Of a stretch of 64,000 nucleotides of DNA, positions 1 to 12,631 are shown in pieces. The notes beneath the pieces were generated by a model. It did no database searches, was not told where the DNA came from, and saw only the letters and a program-made list of their open reading frames with translations. A program made the translations under genes and the position numbers. Source of the stretch: Cyanophyceae cyanobacterium. GTDB lineage: Bacteria; Cyanobacteriota; Cyanobacteriia; Cyanobacteriales; JBHJGN01. The DNA is taken from assembly GCA_050331735.1 (NCBI GenBank), contig JBHJGN010000029.1, positions 64,001-128,000 on the forward strand, given 5' to 3'. Within the stretch, counting starts at the first letter, position 1; each line of letters opens with the position of its first letter.

Positions 1-119
1 AACTATCAAAACTCTCGCTCCTCGCATTGCTGATTTCCTCTCAATTAAGATCAAAAACATTGGATTATCTAATTAAGGAGTGTATGCTAGAGCACGAGTT
101 GGTGTAAGGAGTTGAGTAG

Positions 120-941
120 ATGGAATTGCGTCAAAGTGCCTTAGATATACTCAAACAAACAAGTCGAACTTTTTATATTCCGATCAGCCGTCTCCCCTCA
201 GACTTACTGGATGCGGTGGCCTCTGCCTACCTGTGTATGCGAGCACTCGATGAAATTGAAGATCATCCCACCTTAGATCGCTCTATCAAAGCCGAACTCC
301 TGCGAACGATTAGCCTAAACCTTCAGGCCACCGCAGATAGCTCCGATGGCGATTTACCGGGATTCTTAGCATCAGGAGAGCCGCTAGAGCGCGATCAACT
401 AGCTCAAGTCACCCTGCGCCTAGAAGAATGGGTTCATCTTGCCCCGTATACAATTGCGCCGCGCATCTGGGATGCAACGGCGGCGATGGCCGATCGCATG
501 GCTTACTGGGCTGAGACGAACTGGAATATTTCTACCCAAAGCGATTTAGATCGCTATACGTTCAGCGTTGCTGGAGCCGTTGGTTTGTTGCTTTCGGATC
601 TGTGGGCTTGGTATGATGGCACCCTTACAAATCGCACTCATGCCGTTGGTTTTGGCCGCGGGTTGCAGGCCGTTAATATTCTTCGGAACCATCAAGAAGA
701 CCGCTCTCGGGGCGTTGATTTCTTTCCCGACGGCTGGTCTACAGACACGATGCATCGTTATGCTCGTCAAAACTTAGCCTTGGCAGATTCCTATACTCAA
801 GCTCTGCCATCCGGTCCTGCCCGCAGTTTTTGCCAAATTCCTCTAGCTTTAGCTCACGCCACCCTAGATGTTCTCGCTCTTGGCAAAGATAAGCTCAGCC
901 GTCGGGACGTAATTGCTCTAGTCGAACAAGTATCGCGGTAG
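120..941 (+). CDS. sqs: Squalene/phytoene synthase family protein (cyanobacterial squalene synthase-like)
   Basis: SRTFYIPI, DEIED, YTFSVAGAVG and GLQAVNILR motifs. Confidence 0.85.
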   Translation: MELRQSALDILKQTSRTFYIPISRLPSDLLDAVASAYLCMRALDEIEDHPTLDRSIKAELLRTISLNLQATADSSDGDLPGFLASGEPLERDQLAQVTLRLEEWVHLAPYTIAPRIWDATAAMADRMAYWAETNWNISTQSDLDRYTFSVAGAVGLLLSDLWAWYDGTLTNRTHAVGFGRGLQAVNILRNHQEDRSRGVDFFPDGWSTDTMHRYARQNLALADSYTQALPSGPARSFCQIPLALAHATLDVLALGKDKLSRRDVIALVEQVSR

Positions 942-955
942 GGAAACTAACAGTC

Positions 956-986
956 AAAAGCAGTCTGTATTCGTACAGACTGCTTT
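956..986. terminator. Bidirectional intrinsic terminator between convergent sqs and groEL2
   Basis: AAAGCAGTCTGTA-TTCG-TACAGACTGCTTT perfect hairpin. Confidence 0.8.
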
Positions 987-1030
987 CTAAAGTTGACAAA
1001 TTGACAAGAATGGCAAGGGGGATGCCAGCA

Positions 1031-2719
<1,689 letters not shown>

Positions 2720-2748
2720 TCAGTTCCGTTGTCGCTTCATTAGCAAAT

Positions 2749-2775
2749 TTAGCACTCTTATCTCGAGAGTGCTAA
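2749..2775. promoter_or_regulatory. CIRCE element (HrcA operator)
   Basis: Perfect TTAGCACTC-N9-GAGTGCTAA upstream of groEL2. Confidence 0.95.
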
Positions 2776-2808
2776 CTAGATGCTAAAGGTTAATTACCGT
2801 ACCGTCAG

Positions 2809-2824
2809 ATGCGGATTTCCGAAC
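2809..2824 (-). promoter_or_regulatory. K-box of cyanobacterial groEL/dnaK promoters
   Basis: Minus strand GTTCGGAAATCCGCAT, one mismatch to GTTCGG-NNAN-CCNNAC. Confidence 0.65.
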
Positions 2825-2828
2825 CAAA

Positions 2829-3022
2829 GCGCCGCAGGCGCGGGGAAAGAGCAAGGGGAAGGCAGCGATCGCTGTGGGAAAAGGGTAAGGGGGAAAGGAA
2901 GTAATTAGTACTTTTGTTCCTTAACCCTATGTTCTTTGCCCGTCGCGGAGCGACAAATTTCCCGTTCCCCTTTCCCCGTTCCGCAGGAACAGTTTTCCCC
3001 TTCCCCGTCCCACCGGGACATC
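2829..3022. repeat. Dispersed mosaic repeat, copy A (purine arm, core, pyrimidine arm with triloop mini-hairpins)
   Basis: Core GGAAAGGAAGTAATTAGTACTTTTGTTCCTTAACCCT nearly identical to 13932-13970; hairpins GCGCC-GCA-GGCGC, GTCGC-GGA-GCGAC, GTTCC-GCA-GGAAC, GTCCC-ACC-GGGAC. Confidence 0.85.
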
Positions 3023-3024
3023 CC

Positions 3025-3807
<783 letters not shown>

Positions 3808-4026
3808 TTACTGTACAGGTTCCAAGAAATTTGCACTAAGATCAAGCTAGACACAGTTGATTTTCCCACGGCTTCAAGAGTGGCGGGAGTTGGGGACAAG
3901 GGAGGAGCGGCTTCATCTCCCCTCAAGCTGTGCAATGCTTACTGAAGCTTTTAATGATAAGTAAGGTTGACAAGTGAATTCTTCTTGGTCTGCTTGCTCA
4001 TTCCCAACAGCTCATGACTAATTTTT

Positions 4027-4344
4027 ATGGCAGTTAAAAAAAGATTTTCTAGTTTTTCTGACCTTCTCAACGACTCTGATTCACCTGTACTTGTCGATTT
4101 TTATGCGACCTGGTGCGGTCCGTGTCAAATGATGGCTCCCATCTTAGAGCAGGTCAAGGCTCATTTTGGAAGCCAGTTAAAAGTAGTTAAAGTAGATACA
4201 GACAAATACCCAGCTTTGGCCTCCCAGTATCAAATTCAGGCTCTACCGACTCTAGTGCTTTTCAAAAATGGTCAGCCAGTAGAGCGAATTGAAGGCTTAT
4301 TGCAGGCTCCTCAGTTAATTCAGCACCTGCAAGGAATGCTGTAG
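4027..4344 (+). CDS. trxQ: Thioredoxin, y-type (TrxQ-like)
   Basis: WCGPC active site; MAVKK N-terminus typical of cyanobacterial y-type thioredoxin. Confidence 0.85.
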   Translation: MAVKKRFSSFSDLLNDSDSPVLVDFYATWCGPCQMMAPILEQVKAHFGSQLKVVKVDTDKYPALASQYQIQALPTLVLFKNGQPVERIEGLLQAPQLIQHLQGML

Positions 4345-4590
4345 GGAATTGGGGCAGGAGGTCGCACTCGTCCTACCAGTGGTGCTGAGCGTGATAGGAT
4401 GAATGAGACTGTGCTGCCTGCCAGGATGGTAATGGCTAGGTAATGCCGGCACGGCGGAGAAGTCCGAGAAGAATGCATGGGCGCTCTCACACGCTACCAA
4501 CATCCGCTGCTGGGCGATTGGGGCAGTGGCAATGCCCAATTGCCTGCCTTTGCTAGCCCTCGCTTTCCGTTATCAACATGAGAAATCAGC

Positions 4591-5406
4591 ATGACACATC
4601 TGAAATTGTTTGACTCTCAGTTCACGCAACAACAGGATTTGGTCCAGGAGTCACCAACAAACAGAGTCTCAACCGAACTCACCCTTGATATTGTTAACCA
4701 ACAGCTAGCTCAGGCCACAGCCCCCCAAATTGTCGAGTGGGCGGTAGAAAACTTTGGAGATGAGTTAGTCATGACGACTAGCTTTGGGATTCAATCGGCG
4801 CTGATGCTGCACATGGTCACTCAGGTCGTCCCTGATATTCCCGTTATCTGGATTGATACCGGCTATTTACCAGCAGAAACCTATCAGTTTGCTGAGTCTC
4901 TCACCCAACGGCTCACCCTCAATCTCAAAGTCTATCAGTCTCCCCTCAGCCCAGCTCGCATGGAGGCTCTGTACGGCAAGCTTTGGGCCCAGGACAACGT
5001 CGAGGCCCTAAACCTCTACGATCAAATTCGTAAAGTAGAACCGATGCAGCGCGCCCTCCGCGAACTCAAGGCAACCGGATGGTTGGCTGGTCTGCGAAGA
5101 AATCAGACAGACCATCGCAAAACGTTGCCCTATGTCAGCCAGCAGGGAGAGCAGTACAAAATTTGCCCCATTCTGACCTGGAACGCCAAAGACATTTACG
5201 AATATCTCACGGCTCACGACTTGCCCTATCATCCCTATTTTGACCAAGGCTTTGTCTCAGTCGGAGACTGGCACTCTAGCCGTCCCCTTACCGCCGCAGA
5301 CGAAAACGAACGCGATACTCGCTTTCGCGGCATCAAGCAGGAATGTGGCATTCATCTTCCCTTAACACCTGAAGAAGCTCAGAGCCTAGATTCGAGTACG
5401 CTGTAG
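4591..5406 (+). CDS. cysH: PAPS reductase (thioredoxin-dependent)
   Basis: [22 protein letters not shown] and C-terminal ECGIH. Confidence 0.93.
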   Translation: MTHLKLFDSQFTQQQDLVQESPTNRVSTELTLDIVNQQLAQATAPQIVEWAVENFGDELVMTTSFGIQSALMLHMVTQVVPDIPVIWIDTGYLPAETYQFAESLTQRLTLNLKVYQSPLSPARMEALYGKLWAQDNVEALNLYDQIRKVEPMQRALRELKATGWLAGLRRNQTDHRKTLPYVSQQGEQYKICPILTWNAKDIYEYLTAHDLPYHPYFDQGFVSVGDWHSSRPLTAADENERDTRFRGIKQECGIHLPLTPEEAQSLDSSTL

Positions 5407-5440
5407 CGACCGGCGACCAGTGCCAGGAGCGCTATTGTGG

Positions 5441-5914
5441 TCACTGGTCACTGCCTTTTTGGGGGGCTACCTGAATCTCAATCGTGGCGGTTACTTCAGA
5501 ATGGAGCTTGACTTCGGCTTGATAGAATCCGGTTTCGCTGATATCCGGGAGGGTTATTCCGCGTCGGTCTACATCCTGGTTGGCATTTTCTTTAATGGCC
5601 TCGGCTACTTCTTGAGCAGTCACGGTACCGAAAATTGCTTTTCCTTCTCCTACCTGCTTGTGGATGACAAAGCGACCAATGGTTTCTAGCGCTGTCTTGC
5701 GAGATTCGGCTTGCTGCTTTTCGGCTAACAGTTGTTGTCGCTCTTTTTCCCGTCTTTGTTCTACTTGCTTCAGAATTCCTGGAGTGGCAATCACCGCCAC
5801 TCCCTGGGGAATTAAGTAGTTCCGAGCATAGCCTGGGGCAACTTCTACCAAGTCACCATTGCGACCTAGTTTACTAACGTCTCGATTCAGTACAACCTGT
5901 AAGCGCTTTGCCAT
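5441..5914 (-). CDS. rplI: 50S ribosomal protein L9
   Basis: [23 protein letters not shown]. Confidence 0.97.
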   Translation of the reverse strand: MAKRLQVVLNRDVSKLGRNGDLVEVAPGYARNYLIPQGVAVIATPGILKQVEQRREKERQQLLAEKQQAESRKTALETIGRFVIHKQVGEGKAIFGTVTAQEVAEAIKENANQDVDRRGITLPDISETGFYQAEVKLHSEVTATIEIQVAPQKGSDQ

Positions 5915-6149
5915 AACTTAGTTCATTCCTCTCTAGATTGTTGGTTTACAAAAGCGAAATTTGCCCAGTCTTAAATTATAAATAATATTTCGGCAGTTGA
6001 CCTAGAGCAGTCAGCAACGAAACTTGCCTCCATCGGGTTTGAAGAACGACTCCATAAAACCAGTTAAGCTTATCTTTCCCAAGTGCACTTGGAACCAGAG
6101 CTGACCGCACTTTGAGTAAGCTCAACTTTACGTTAGCCCATTGCTGGGG

Positions 6150-6923
6150 CTAAAACTGATCTTTTTTCCCCCGCAGGCGGCCAAACACTCTCACCGGATC
6201 GGTGCCGTTCATGGCAGACTGAATAGTGGCTGTATCCCAGCGGAGAAAAGGATTGGTGTCCTTTTCTAAACCCAACCAAGAGGGAACAGTAGGCTGCTCC
6301 TGAGTGCGAGCGGCTTTAACCTCCTCGTATCGAGTTTGTAGCTTGGAGTTTGTCGGCTCAACGCTCAGAGCAAACTGAAGGTTTTTCAAGGTGTACTCAT
6401 GGGCGCACCAAACGCGCGTTGAGTTGGGGAGCTGCCGTAGTTTAGTCAAGGAGTCGACCATTTGAGCCGGAGTGCCTTCAAAGAGACGACCGCAGCCGCC
6501 AGCAAATAGAGTATCGCCACAAAATAGTTCCCCCCAATCGTCTTTACCTACCGGAGGGAAGTAATAGGCAATATGAGCGCGAGTATGTCCGGGCACGAAA
6601 TACACCACGCCCTCGCGCTCGCCAAACTCGACGCGATCTCCCTCTCTCAAAAAGTGGGTTTGTCCAGGAATTCTGCCTCGGTCTTCTGCCCCTCCATAGA
6701 CAGAAAGTTGGGGAAAGCGTTTCAGGAGTTGCCGATTGCCGCCAACGTGGTCTGAGTGGTGATGGGTGTTAAAAATCGTGACGAGCTGAGCCCCCAACTT
6801 GTCTAAGCCCTGAAGCACTGGCTCAGGCTGAGCCGGATCGACAACAGCCGCCGTTCCAGATTCTGGGGCATAGAGTAAAAAAATGTAGTTGTCAGTGAGG
6901 GCCGGGAGTCGAATGACCTGCAT
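6150..6923 (-). CDS. gloB: Hydroxyacylglutathione hydrolase (glyoxalase II)
   Basis: [35 protein letters not shown]. Confidence 0.95.
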   Translation of the reverse strand: MQVIRLPALTDNYIFLLYAPESGTAAVVDPAQPEPVLQGLDKLGAQLVTIFNTHHHSDHVGGNRQLLKRFPQLSVYGGAEDRGRIPGQTHFLREGDRVEFGEREGVVYFVPGHTRAHIAYYFPPVGKDDWGELFCGDTLFAGGCGRLFEGTPAQMVDSLTKLRQLPNSTRVWCAHEYTLKNLQFALSVEPTNSKLQTRYEEVKAARTQEQPTVPSWLGLEKDTNPFLRWDTATIQSAMNGTDPVRVFGRLRGKKDQF

Positions 6924-7176
6924 GATTTTGATTGTTGTGACTATTGATTATTTTATCTCCAGAGGAAATGGCCTTTAGGTGTAGCAAAATGCGGAGGGAA
7001 ATGCCAAACTAGAAGCGACCAAAATCCCAGTTCGGCTGCAATCAGCTCGAGCAACTCCCTGGATCACAGCGCAGCGGGAAGCGCTGTGGCTAAAAGGGTA
7101 ATAACCGCCATCCGCAGCCAGAGCCTCCCTGAGAGTCAATTAGGCTGTAACGAGATCAAACAGCGCGAGAAAAAGA

Positions 7177-8367
7177 TTGAACCTACCTGAGCATCGACGG
7201 CTAAAAATTTCCCTAATCGTGAGCGACCTGTCCGGCAAAGGTTCTGGTCGATGGGGCGGAGCCGTCCGTCCCTTTCTGCTGGCGCAAGCCCTGGAAAAAC
7301 TGGGGCTCGAGGTGGAAATGTTGGGAGTTGCCTTTGATGACGATACTCCCGTATCAACCACAATTCCTACGATTTCTTTTCCCTGTCAGTACCATTCTGG
7401 TTTTTTGCGAGCGGCTCGCCACCTGATTCAAAGTATTAGTGGCGAAATTGTCTATGCCGTCAAGCCCAAAATGACCAGCTTTGGGGTTTCTTTAGTCAAA
7501 AAGCTGCTCAGCCAGCGCTCGCTAATTCTCGACATCGACGACTGGGAAATGAGTTGGCACGGCGGTGATCGCTGGCAGTATCGCCCTAGCTTGGCAGACC
7601 TAGCTAGAGATACGCTCAAACCCGATGGAGCTTTACGGTTTCCCGATCATCCCCTGTACTTAAAATGGCTCGAAAATCTCGTTCCCTACGCCGATGCTGT
7701 CACCACTCATTCTCAGTTTCTTCAAAAGCGCTTTGGCGGAGTCTATGTTCCTAACGGCAAAGACACGGAGCTGTTTTCTCCACAGCGCTACGATCCCCAA
7801 GTCAGCCGCGCTCAGTACGGACTGGCTGATTACCGCGTTCTCATGTTTCCGGGAGCGCCACGACCTTACAAAGGTTTAGAAGACGTTCTGCTAGCTCTGG
7901 AGCAGCTCAATCAGCCAGACTTAAGACTGGTAATTGTCGGTGGCAGTCCCTACGACGACTACGACGCTCACCTCGCTCAACGATGGGGCCAATGGATTGT
8001 TCAGCTTCCCAAACAGCCGGTGCAGTCGATGCCAGCCGTGGTGTCTGCGGCTCACATTGTGGTGGTGCCGCAGCGAGATGTCCCGGCAGCGATCGCTCAA
8101 TTCCCGCTGAAGCTGACGGACGGGATGGCCATGGCTAAACCGGTTTTAGCCACGCGCATCGGCGACATTCCTGATATATTGGCTGACACAGGGTATTTGG
8201 TCGAGCCAGAATCTCCTGGTCAGATCGCCGAGCAGATTCAGCAGATCTTTAAGCATCTCGATGAAGCCAATGACAAAGGTGAACGAGCCAGACAACGCTG
8301 TATTGAACACTACAGTATCGAGAGAATGGCAAACATTCTTTCTGAGGTCGTTTTTTCCCGCACATAA
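7177..8367 (+). CDS. Glycosyltransferase family 4
   Basis: KGLEDVL and FPLKLTDGMAMAKPVLATRIG GT-B C-terminal motif. Confidence 0.85.
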   Translation: MNLPEHRRLKISLIVSDLSGKGSGRWGGAVRPFLLAQALEKLGLEVEMLGVAFDDDTPVSTTIPTISFPCQYHSGFLRAARHLIQSISGEIVYAVKPKMTSFGVSLVKKLLSQRSLILDIDDWEMSWHGGDRWQYRPSLADLARDTLKPDGALRFPDHPLYLKWLENLVPYADAVTTHSQFLQKRFGGVYVPNGKDTELFSPQRYDPQVSRAQYGLADYRVLMFPGAPRPYKGLEDVLLALEQLNQPDLRLVIVGGSPYDDYDAHLAQRWGQWIVQLPKQPVQSMPAVVSAAHIVVVPQRDVPAAIAQFPLKLTDGMAMAKPVLATRIGDIPDILADTGYLVEPESPGQIAEQIQQIFKHLDEANDKGERARQRCIEHYSIERMANILSEVVFSRT

Positions 8368-8392
8368 AGATTGATTTTCAGCTCGCACTCGT

Positions 8393-10438
8393 ATGTCCTC
8401 CAACCAACTCCTTCTCAAATACGCTGCCAAGTATCCTTGGTTGATTCTGCTGACAATTGTTCTCGGAACGGCTGGAGCTCTGTTTAACGGAGTCGGAACG
8501 GTGTTAATTGTGCCGATTCTGCTCGAATTTTTAGGGGAAGAGGCACTCAATCCAGAAAGAATGCCAGCGCTCCTGCAACAGCTACTATCTCTGTTTGATA
8601 GTTTTTCGGGTGATGCTCGGTTACTGGCCATGCTTGGAGCGGTCATATTACTCATTATTTTTAAGAACTTAACGACCTACTTTAGTAGTCTTTCGGGAGG
8701 ATATTTATCTCGGGCTTTAGTCAATGAAATTCGCTTAGAAGGGCTGCAAATGCTTTTGGATGTCGATATCGATTTTTACTCAAAAAGTAAGATCGGAGAC
8801 ATTGTTAATCGACTGGGAGGGGAAACGAGTAAAGCGGCATCGGCCATTCGTTTGGGCGTAGAAACAATTAACACTGCCATCACAATTCTGACGTTTCTGG
8901 GGCTGCTGCTATTTTTGTCTTGGCAAATTACCCTCATTACTACTTTTCTGTTGCTAGTGGTTGCTTTTCTCAATCGTTACTTTATTAGAAAAGCACGATT
9001 ATACGGAAGGATTGTCCGTGATAAATCGCGAGATTATTCCAATCAGCTCCTCGAAATCCTCACGGGAATTCGCTTAATTAAATCCGTTGGGTATGAAGAC
9101 AAAGAATATCAAGAAATTCGACAGCTCGTGATCGAGCGGGAGATGGCTCAATTTCAGGCCCAGATTGTTAGCGCCATGGTGTCTCCCGTCAACGAGATCG
9201 CCGGAATCTTGATTGTGCTTTCGATTGCCATCCTAGGTCGCTACTTGTTTTACGAGCAGCTCCAGGCACTAACAACCGCGCTGCTGACCTATTTGCTGGC
9301 GCTGTTTAGACTGATGCCCTATATCGGGAAGCTCAATCAAGCGCGCAGTCAATTTGCCAATGCGGCCCCTAGCGTTGAGGTGGTGGAAGAGTTCCTGCGG
9401 CGAGAGGATAAACCGTTGATGGTAAAAAATAGTGCTCTGTACAAACCGCTCCAGGAGTGTATTGAATTTAGGAACGTCAGTTTTGCCTATCCGGGGCATC
9501 AAGGTCTGGTACTGAAAGACCTGAACGTGCTCATCCCAAAAGGTAAATCTATTGCTCTTGTAGGGGCTTCTGGTGCAGGAAAATCGACGGTGGCAGATTT
9601 ACTGCCCAGGTTTTATGACCCGACGAACGGTCAAATTACTTTTGATGGTCGGGATGTACGAGAATTTGGCATCAATTCCCTGCGAAGAGCGATGGGCATT
9701 GTTAGTCAGGATACTTTTTTGTTCAACAACTCAGTGCGCTACAACATTGCCTACGGGATGGACGAAGTCGGTGAAAGTGAAATTATCGAAGCGGCGAAGC
9801 GAGCCAACGCCTATGAATTTATTGTGCAGCTCCCTCAAGGCTTTGATACGGAAATTGGCGATCGCGGCGTGATGCTGTCTGGAGGGCAGCGACAGCGACT
9901 GGCGATCGCCCGCGCCCTGCTGCGCAATCCGGATGTGTTAATCTTAGATGAAGCCACCAGTGCCCTCGATACTGTATCCGAGCGCCTCGTCCAGCAAGCC
10001 ATCGACGAACTCTGCCGCGATCGCACTACTCTCGTGATTGCCCACCGACTCTCGACCGTTCAGAACGCTCATCAAATTGTTGTGTTAGATCGAGGACACA
10101 TTGTCGAAGTCGGCAACCATCAGGAACTGCTCGCTCGCGGAGGCTATTATTCTCGTCTCTATTCCATGCAGTTTGCCAACTCAGCCAAGCCAGAAGAGAG
10201 CGTTGATGATGCTCAGCTCAAAAGCTTCTACAAATCTCAAATGCATCTTTCCTATAACGCTCGTACCAGCCTGAGTTCTATGCTGGGGTCTTTACGCCTA
10301 GTCGCCGACGGGTTAGTAGATACTTCAGAAGAACGGCTAGAGTTACTTGAGGAATCTTATATCAGCGCAGTTCGTCTGCTCAACTCCATCGAGCGCTTTG
10401 AAAAAAACACTCATCATTTTTTCCTCGACTGTAAATAA
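8393..10438 (+). CDS. HepA/MsbA-like ABC exporter with C-terminal degenerate HisKA-like extension
   Basis: TM domain, GASGAGKS, LSGGQRQ, DEATSALD; tail SYNARTSLSSMLGSLRL. Confidence 0.9.
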   Translation: MSSNQLLLKYAAKYPWLILLTIVLGTAGALFNGVGTVLIVPILLEFLGEEALNPERMPALLQQLLSLFDSFSGDARLLAMLGAVILLIIFKNLTTYFSSLSGGYLSRALVNEIRLEGLQMLLDVDIDFYSKSKIGDIVNRLGGETSKAASAIRLGVETINTAITILTFLGLLLFLSWQITLITTFLLLVVAFLNRYFIRKARLYGRIVRDKSRDYSNQLLEILTGIRLIKSVGYEDKEYQEIRQLVIEREMAQFQAQIVSAMVSPVNEIAGILIVLSIAILGRYLFYEQLQALTTALLTYLLALFRLMPYIGKLNQARSQFANAAPSVEVVEEFLRREDKPLMVKNSALYKPLQECIEFRNVSFAYPGHQGLVLKDLNVLIPKGKSIALVGASGAGKSTVADLLPRFYDPTNGQITFDGRDVREFGINSLRRAMGIVSQDTFLFNNSVRYNIAYGMDEVGESEIIEAAKRANAYEFIVQLPQGFDTEIGDRGVMLSGGQRQRLAIARALLRNPDVLILDEATSALDTVSERLVQQAIDELCRDRTTLVIAHRLSTVQNAHQIVVLDRGHIVEVGNHQELLARGGYYSRLYSMQFANSAKPEESVDDAQLKSFYKSQMHLSYNARTSLSSMLGSLRLVADGLVDTSEERLELLEESYISAVRLLNSIERFEKNTHHFFLDCK

Positions 10439-10486
10439 GCTTGCTTTCTGGCTCAGGCTCACCGCTGCGGGAACCCATGCCCCCAT

Positions 10487-11224
10487 CTAAACAGTCGCCG
10501 GAGTATTGGCAGATAATTCCTCTTTACTGGGCAGTTCTAAACAGTACCCCGCACCATAAACCGTTTTGATGTAGCGAGGGCGGCGCGGGTCGGGTTCTAG
10601 CTTCGTTCTTAAGTGTCGAACGTGAACCCGAATGGTTTCGATATCATCATCCGGATCGTATCCCCAAACCTCTTTGAGAATCTCGCTGGGGGATACGGTT
10701 TGTCCGTGTCGCTGCAATAAGCAATGCAGTAGCTCAAATTCAAGGTGTGTTAGCTTAACGGTGTTTTCAAACCAAATCGCCTCAAACCGTTCTGGAATAA
10801 GAGTCAAAGGACCATAATTAAGAATTTCTGTATGTTTAGCTGCTTGAGGGATACGTTCGGTTCGTCGCAGTAAAGCCCTCACTCTCGCTAGCATTTCTTC
10901 AACTTCAAACGGCTTGGTTAAATAGTCGTCTGCCCCAGCGTTGAAGCCTTCTACTTTGTCCTGAGTTTGTCCTAAAGCCGTCAGCATCAGTACGGGAATA
11001 TCCGCTGTGCGCTCATCCCGACGGAGACGTTGACAAACAGTAAAACCATCTACGTGAGGCAGCATTAAGTCTAGCATGACCAGGTCGGGCTGTATCTGTA
11101 CGGCGAGTGCCTGTCCCTTAATGCCGTCTTCAGCTTGACTTACGTCGTATCCAGCCATCTCCAAGTTGATAGAGAGGAGTTCTGAAATTGCGGGGTCGTC
11201 GTCGATTACCAAGATTCGGGGCAT
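10487..11224 (-). CDS. rpaA: Circadian output response regulator RpaA
   Basis: [16 protein letters not shown] and [28 protein letters not shown]. Confidence 0.95.
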   Translation of the reverse strand: MPRILVIDDDPAISELLSINLEMAGYDVSQAEDGIKGQALAVQIQPDLVMLDLMLPHVDGFTVCQRLRRDERTADIPVLMLTALGQTQDKVEGFNAGADDYLTKPFEVEEMLARVRALLRRTERIPQAAKHTEILNYGPLTLIPERFEAIWFENTVKLTHLEFELLHCLLQRHGQTVSPSEILKEVWGYDPDDDIETIRVHVRHLRTKLEPDPRRPRYIKTVYGAGYCLELPSKEELSANTPATV

Positions 11225-11592
11225 TTATAGAAATGTAATAGCTTTTCAGGTTTACAAAAATTAATTAAATTTAAGCTGATATAAATACTCTGTAACGATT
11301 ATAAACATGAATCTTTAAATTATTCTAGAGCACCCAGTTACCGCCCGTAGTCGGATTGCACCTTAGCCTGACTTAGAGACCTAGTGCTAGAAGCAGCAAT
11401 CTTCTGAGGGTTGAGCCTGCGGCAGCACTGCCTCCCGTTCCCTCCAGGAGACTGTGAGAAGAGCGCTGTCGGGTGACTAGACCGCGCTAAGAGCCTCAGC
11501 CCGAGGTCAGTATCCCCGAACAGGACGGTATCATCAGTACCTAGCAAATTACCAAGGTCTTACCGTCAGATCTTAATGAGCTTAAAAAGTCT

Positions 11593-11610
11593 TAATGCCA
11601 ATTCTCATTA
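11593..11610. promoter_or_regulatory. Possible Fur-like box upstream of ho1
   Basis: TAATGCCAATTCTCATTA imperfect palindrome. Confidence 0.35.
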
Positions 11611-11697
11611 AATTCGTTTAATCTAAGCGTTTAGGCAGTTGTTACACTGGCTACAACTTTTGATATAGCAATTAACGATAAAGACAGGAATTTTAGC

Positions 11698-12414
11698 ATG
11701 AGTGTAGACTTGGCAACGATGTTGCGCGAAGGAACCAAAAAATCTCACACAATGGCAGAAAACGTCGGTTTCGTCCGGTGCTTCTTAAAAGGAGTGGTGG
11801 AAAAAAACTCCTATCGGAAGTTAGTGGCTAACTTTTACTTCGTCTATTCAGCCATGGAAGAGGAGATGGAGCGGCTGCGCGACCATCCAGTAGTGTCCAA
11901 AATTTACTTTCCCCAGCTCCACCGCCAGCATAGCCTCGAACAGGATTTGCAGTTTTACTATGGGACCAACTGGCAGCAAGAGATTTCCCTATCTCCCGCA
12001 GGAAAAGCCTACGTGGAGAGAATTAGAGAGGTGGCTAATTCTCACCCAGAACTGCTAGTAGCCCACTCCTACACTCGCTATTTAGGCGATCTATCAGGAG
12101 GACAAATTCTCAAAAATATTGCTCAAAAGGCGATGGGTCTGAGCGATGGCCGGGGAACGGCTTTTTACGAGTTTGCCACGATTACTGATGAGAAGGCGTT
12201 TAAGGAGCAGTATCGTCAAGCTCTCAACGAAATGCCCATTGATCGGGAAACGGCGCAGCGGATCGTGGATGAAGCTAATGATGCGTTTGCCCTGAATATG
12301 AAGCTATTCCAGGAGCTAGAAGGCAACCTCATCAAAGCTATCGGGCAAATGCTCTTTAATACTCTGACTCGCCGTCGCCGTCGCGGCAGTACTGAACTGG
12401 CAACAGCCGAATAG
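11698..12414 (+). CDS. ho1: Heme oxygenase 1 (biliverdin-forming)
   Basis: LREGTKKSHTMAENVGF, HSYTRYLGDLSGGQIL. Confidence 0.95.
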   Translation: MSVDLATMLREGTKKSHTMAENVGFVRCFLKGVVEKNSYRKLVANFYFVYSAMEEEMERLRDHPVVSKIYFPQLHRQHSLEQDLQFYYGTNWQQEISLSPAGKAYVERIREVANSHPELLVAHSYTRYLGDLSGGQILKNIAQKAMGLSDGRGTAFYEFATITDEKAFKEQYRQALNEMPIDRETAQRIVDEANDAFALNMKLFQELEGNLIKAIGQMLFNTLTRRRRRGSTELATAE

Positions 12415-12439
12415 ACAATTTAGCGCCCTTTCAATTTCG

Positions 12440-12499
12440 ACAATCCTGAAAGCTGGGTTGCGGTTACCAACCAAATCGCTATCTAGTTCTCAGGATTGT
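12440..12499 (+). terminator. Hairpin after ho1
   Basis: ACAATCCTGA...TCAGGATTGT inverted repeat. Confidence 0.45.
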
Positions 12500-12631
12500 T
12501 CGCTATTTGTCGGCGGCTTGGAGCAAGTGCAAAAACAGCCCAGGGGAGATCCATCTGCTCTTTGAGCCAGCTCAATGTCACTATTCTGATTAACATGAAG
12601 GGAGATTGAGAACAACCACGACTAAAAACCC

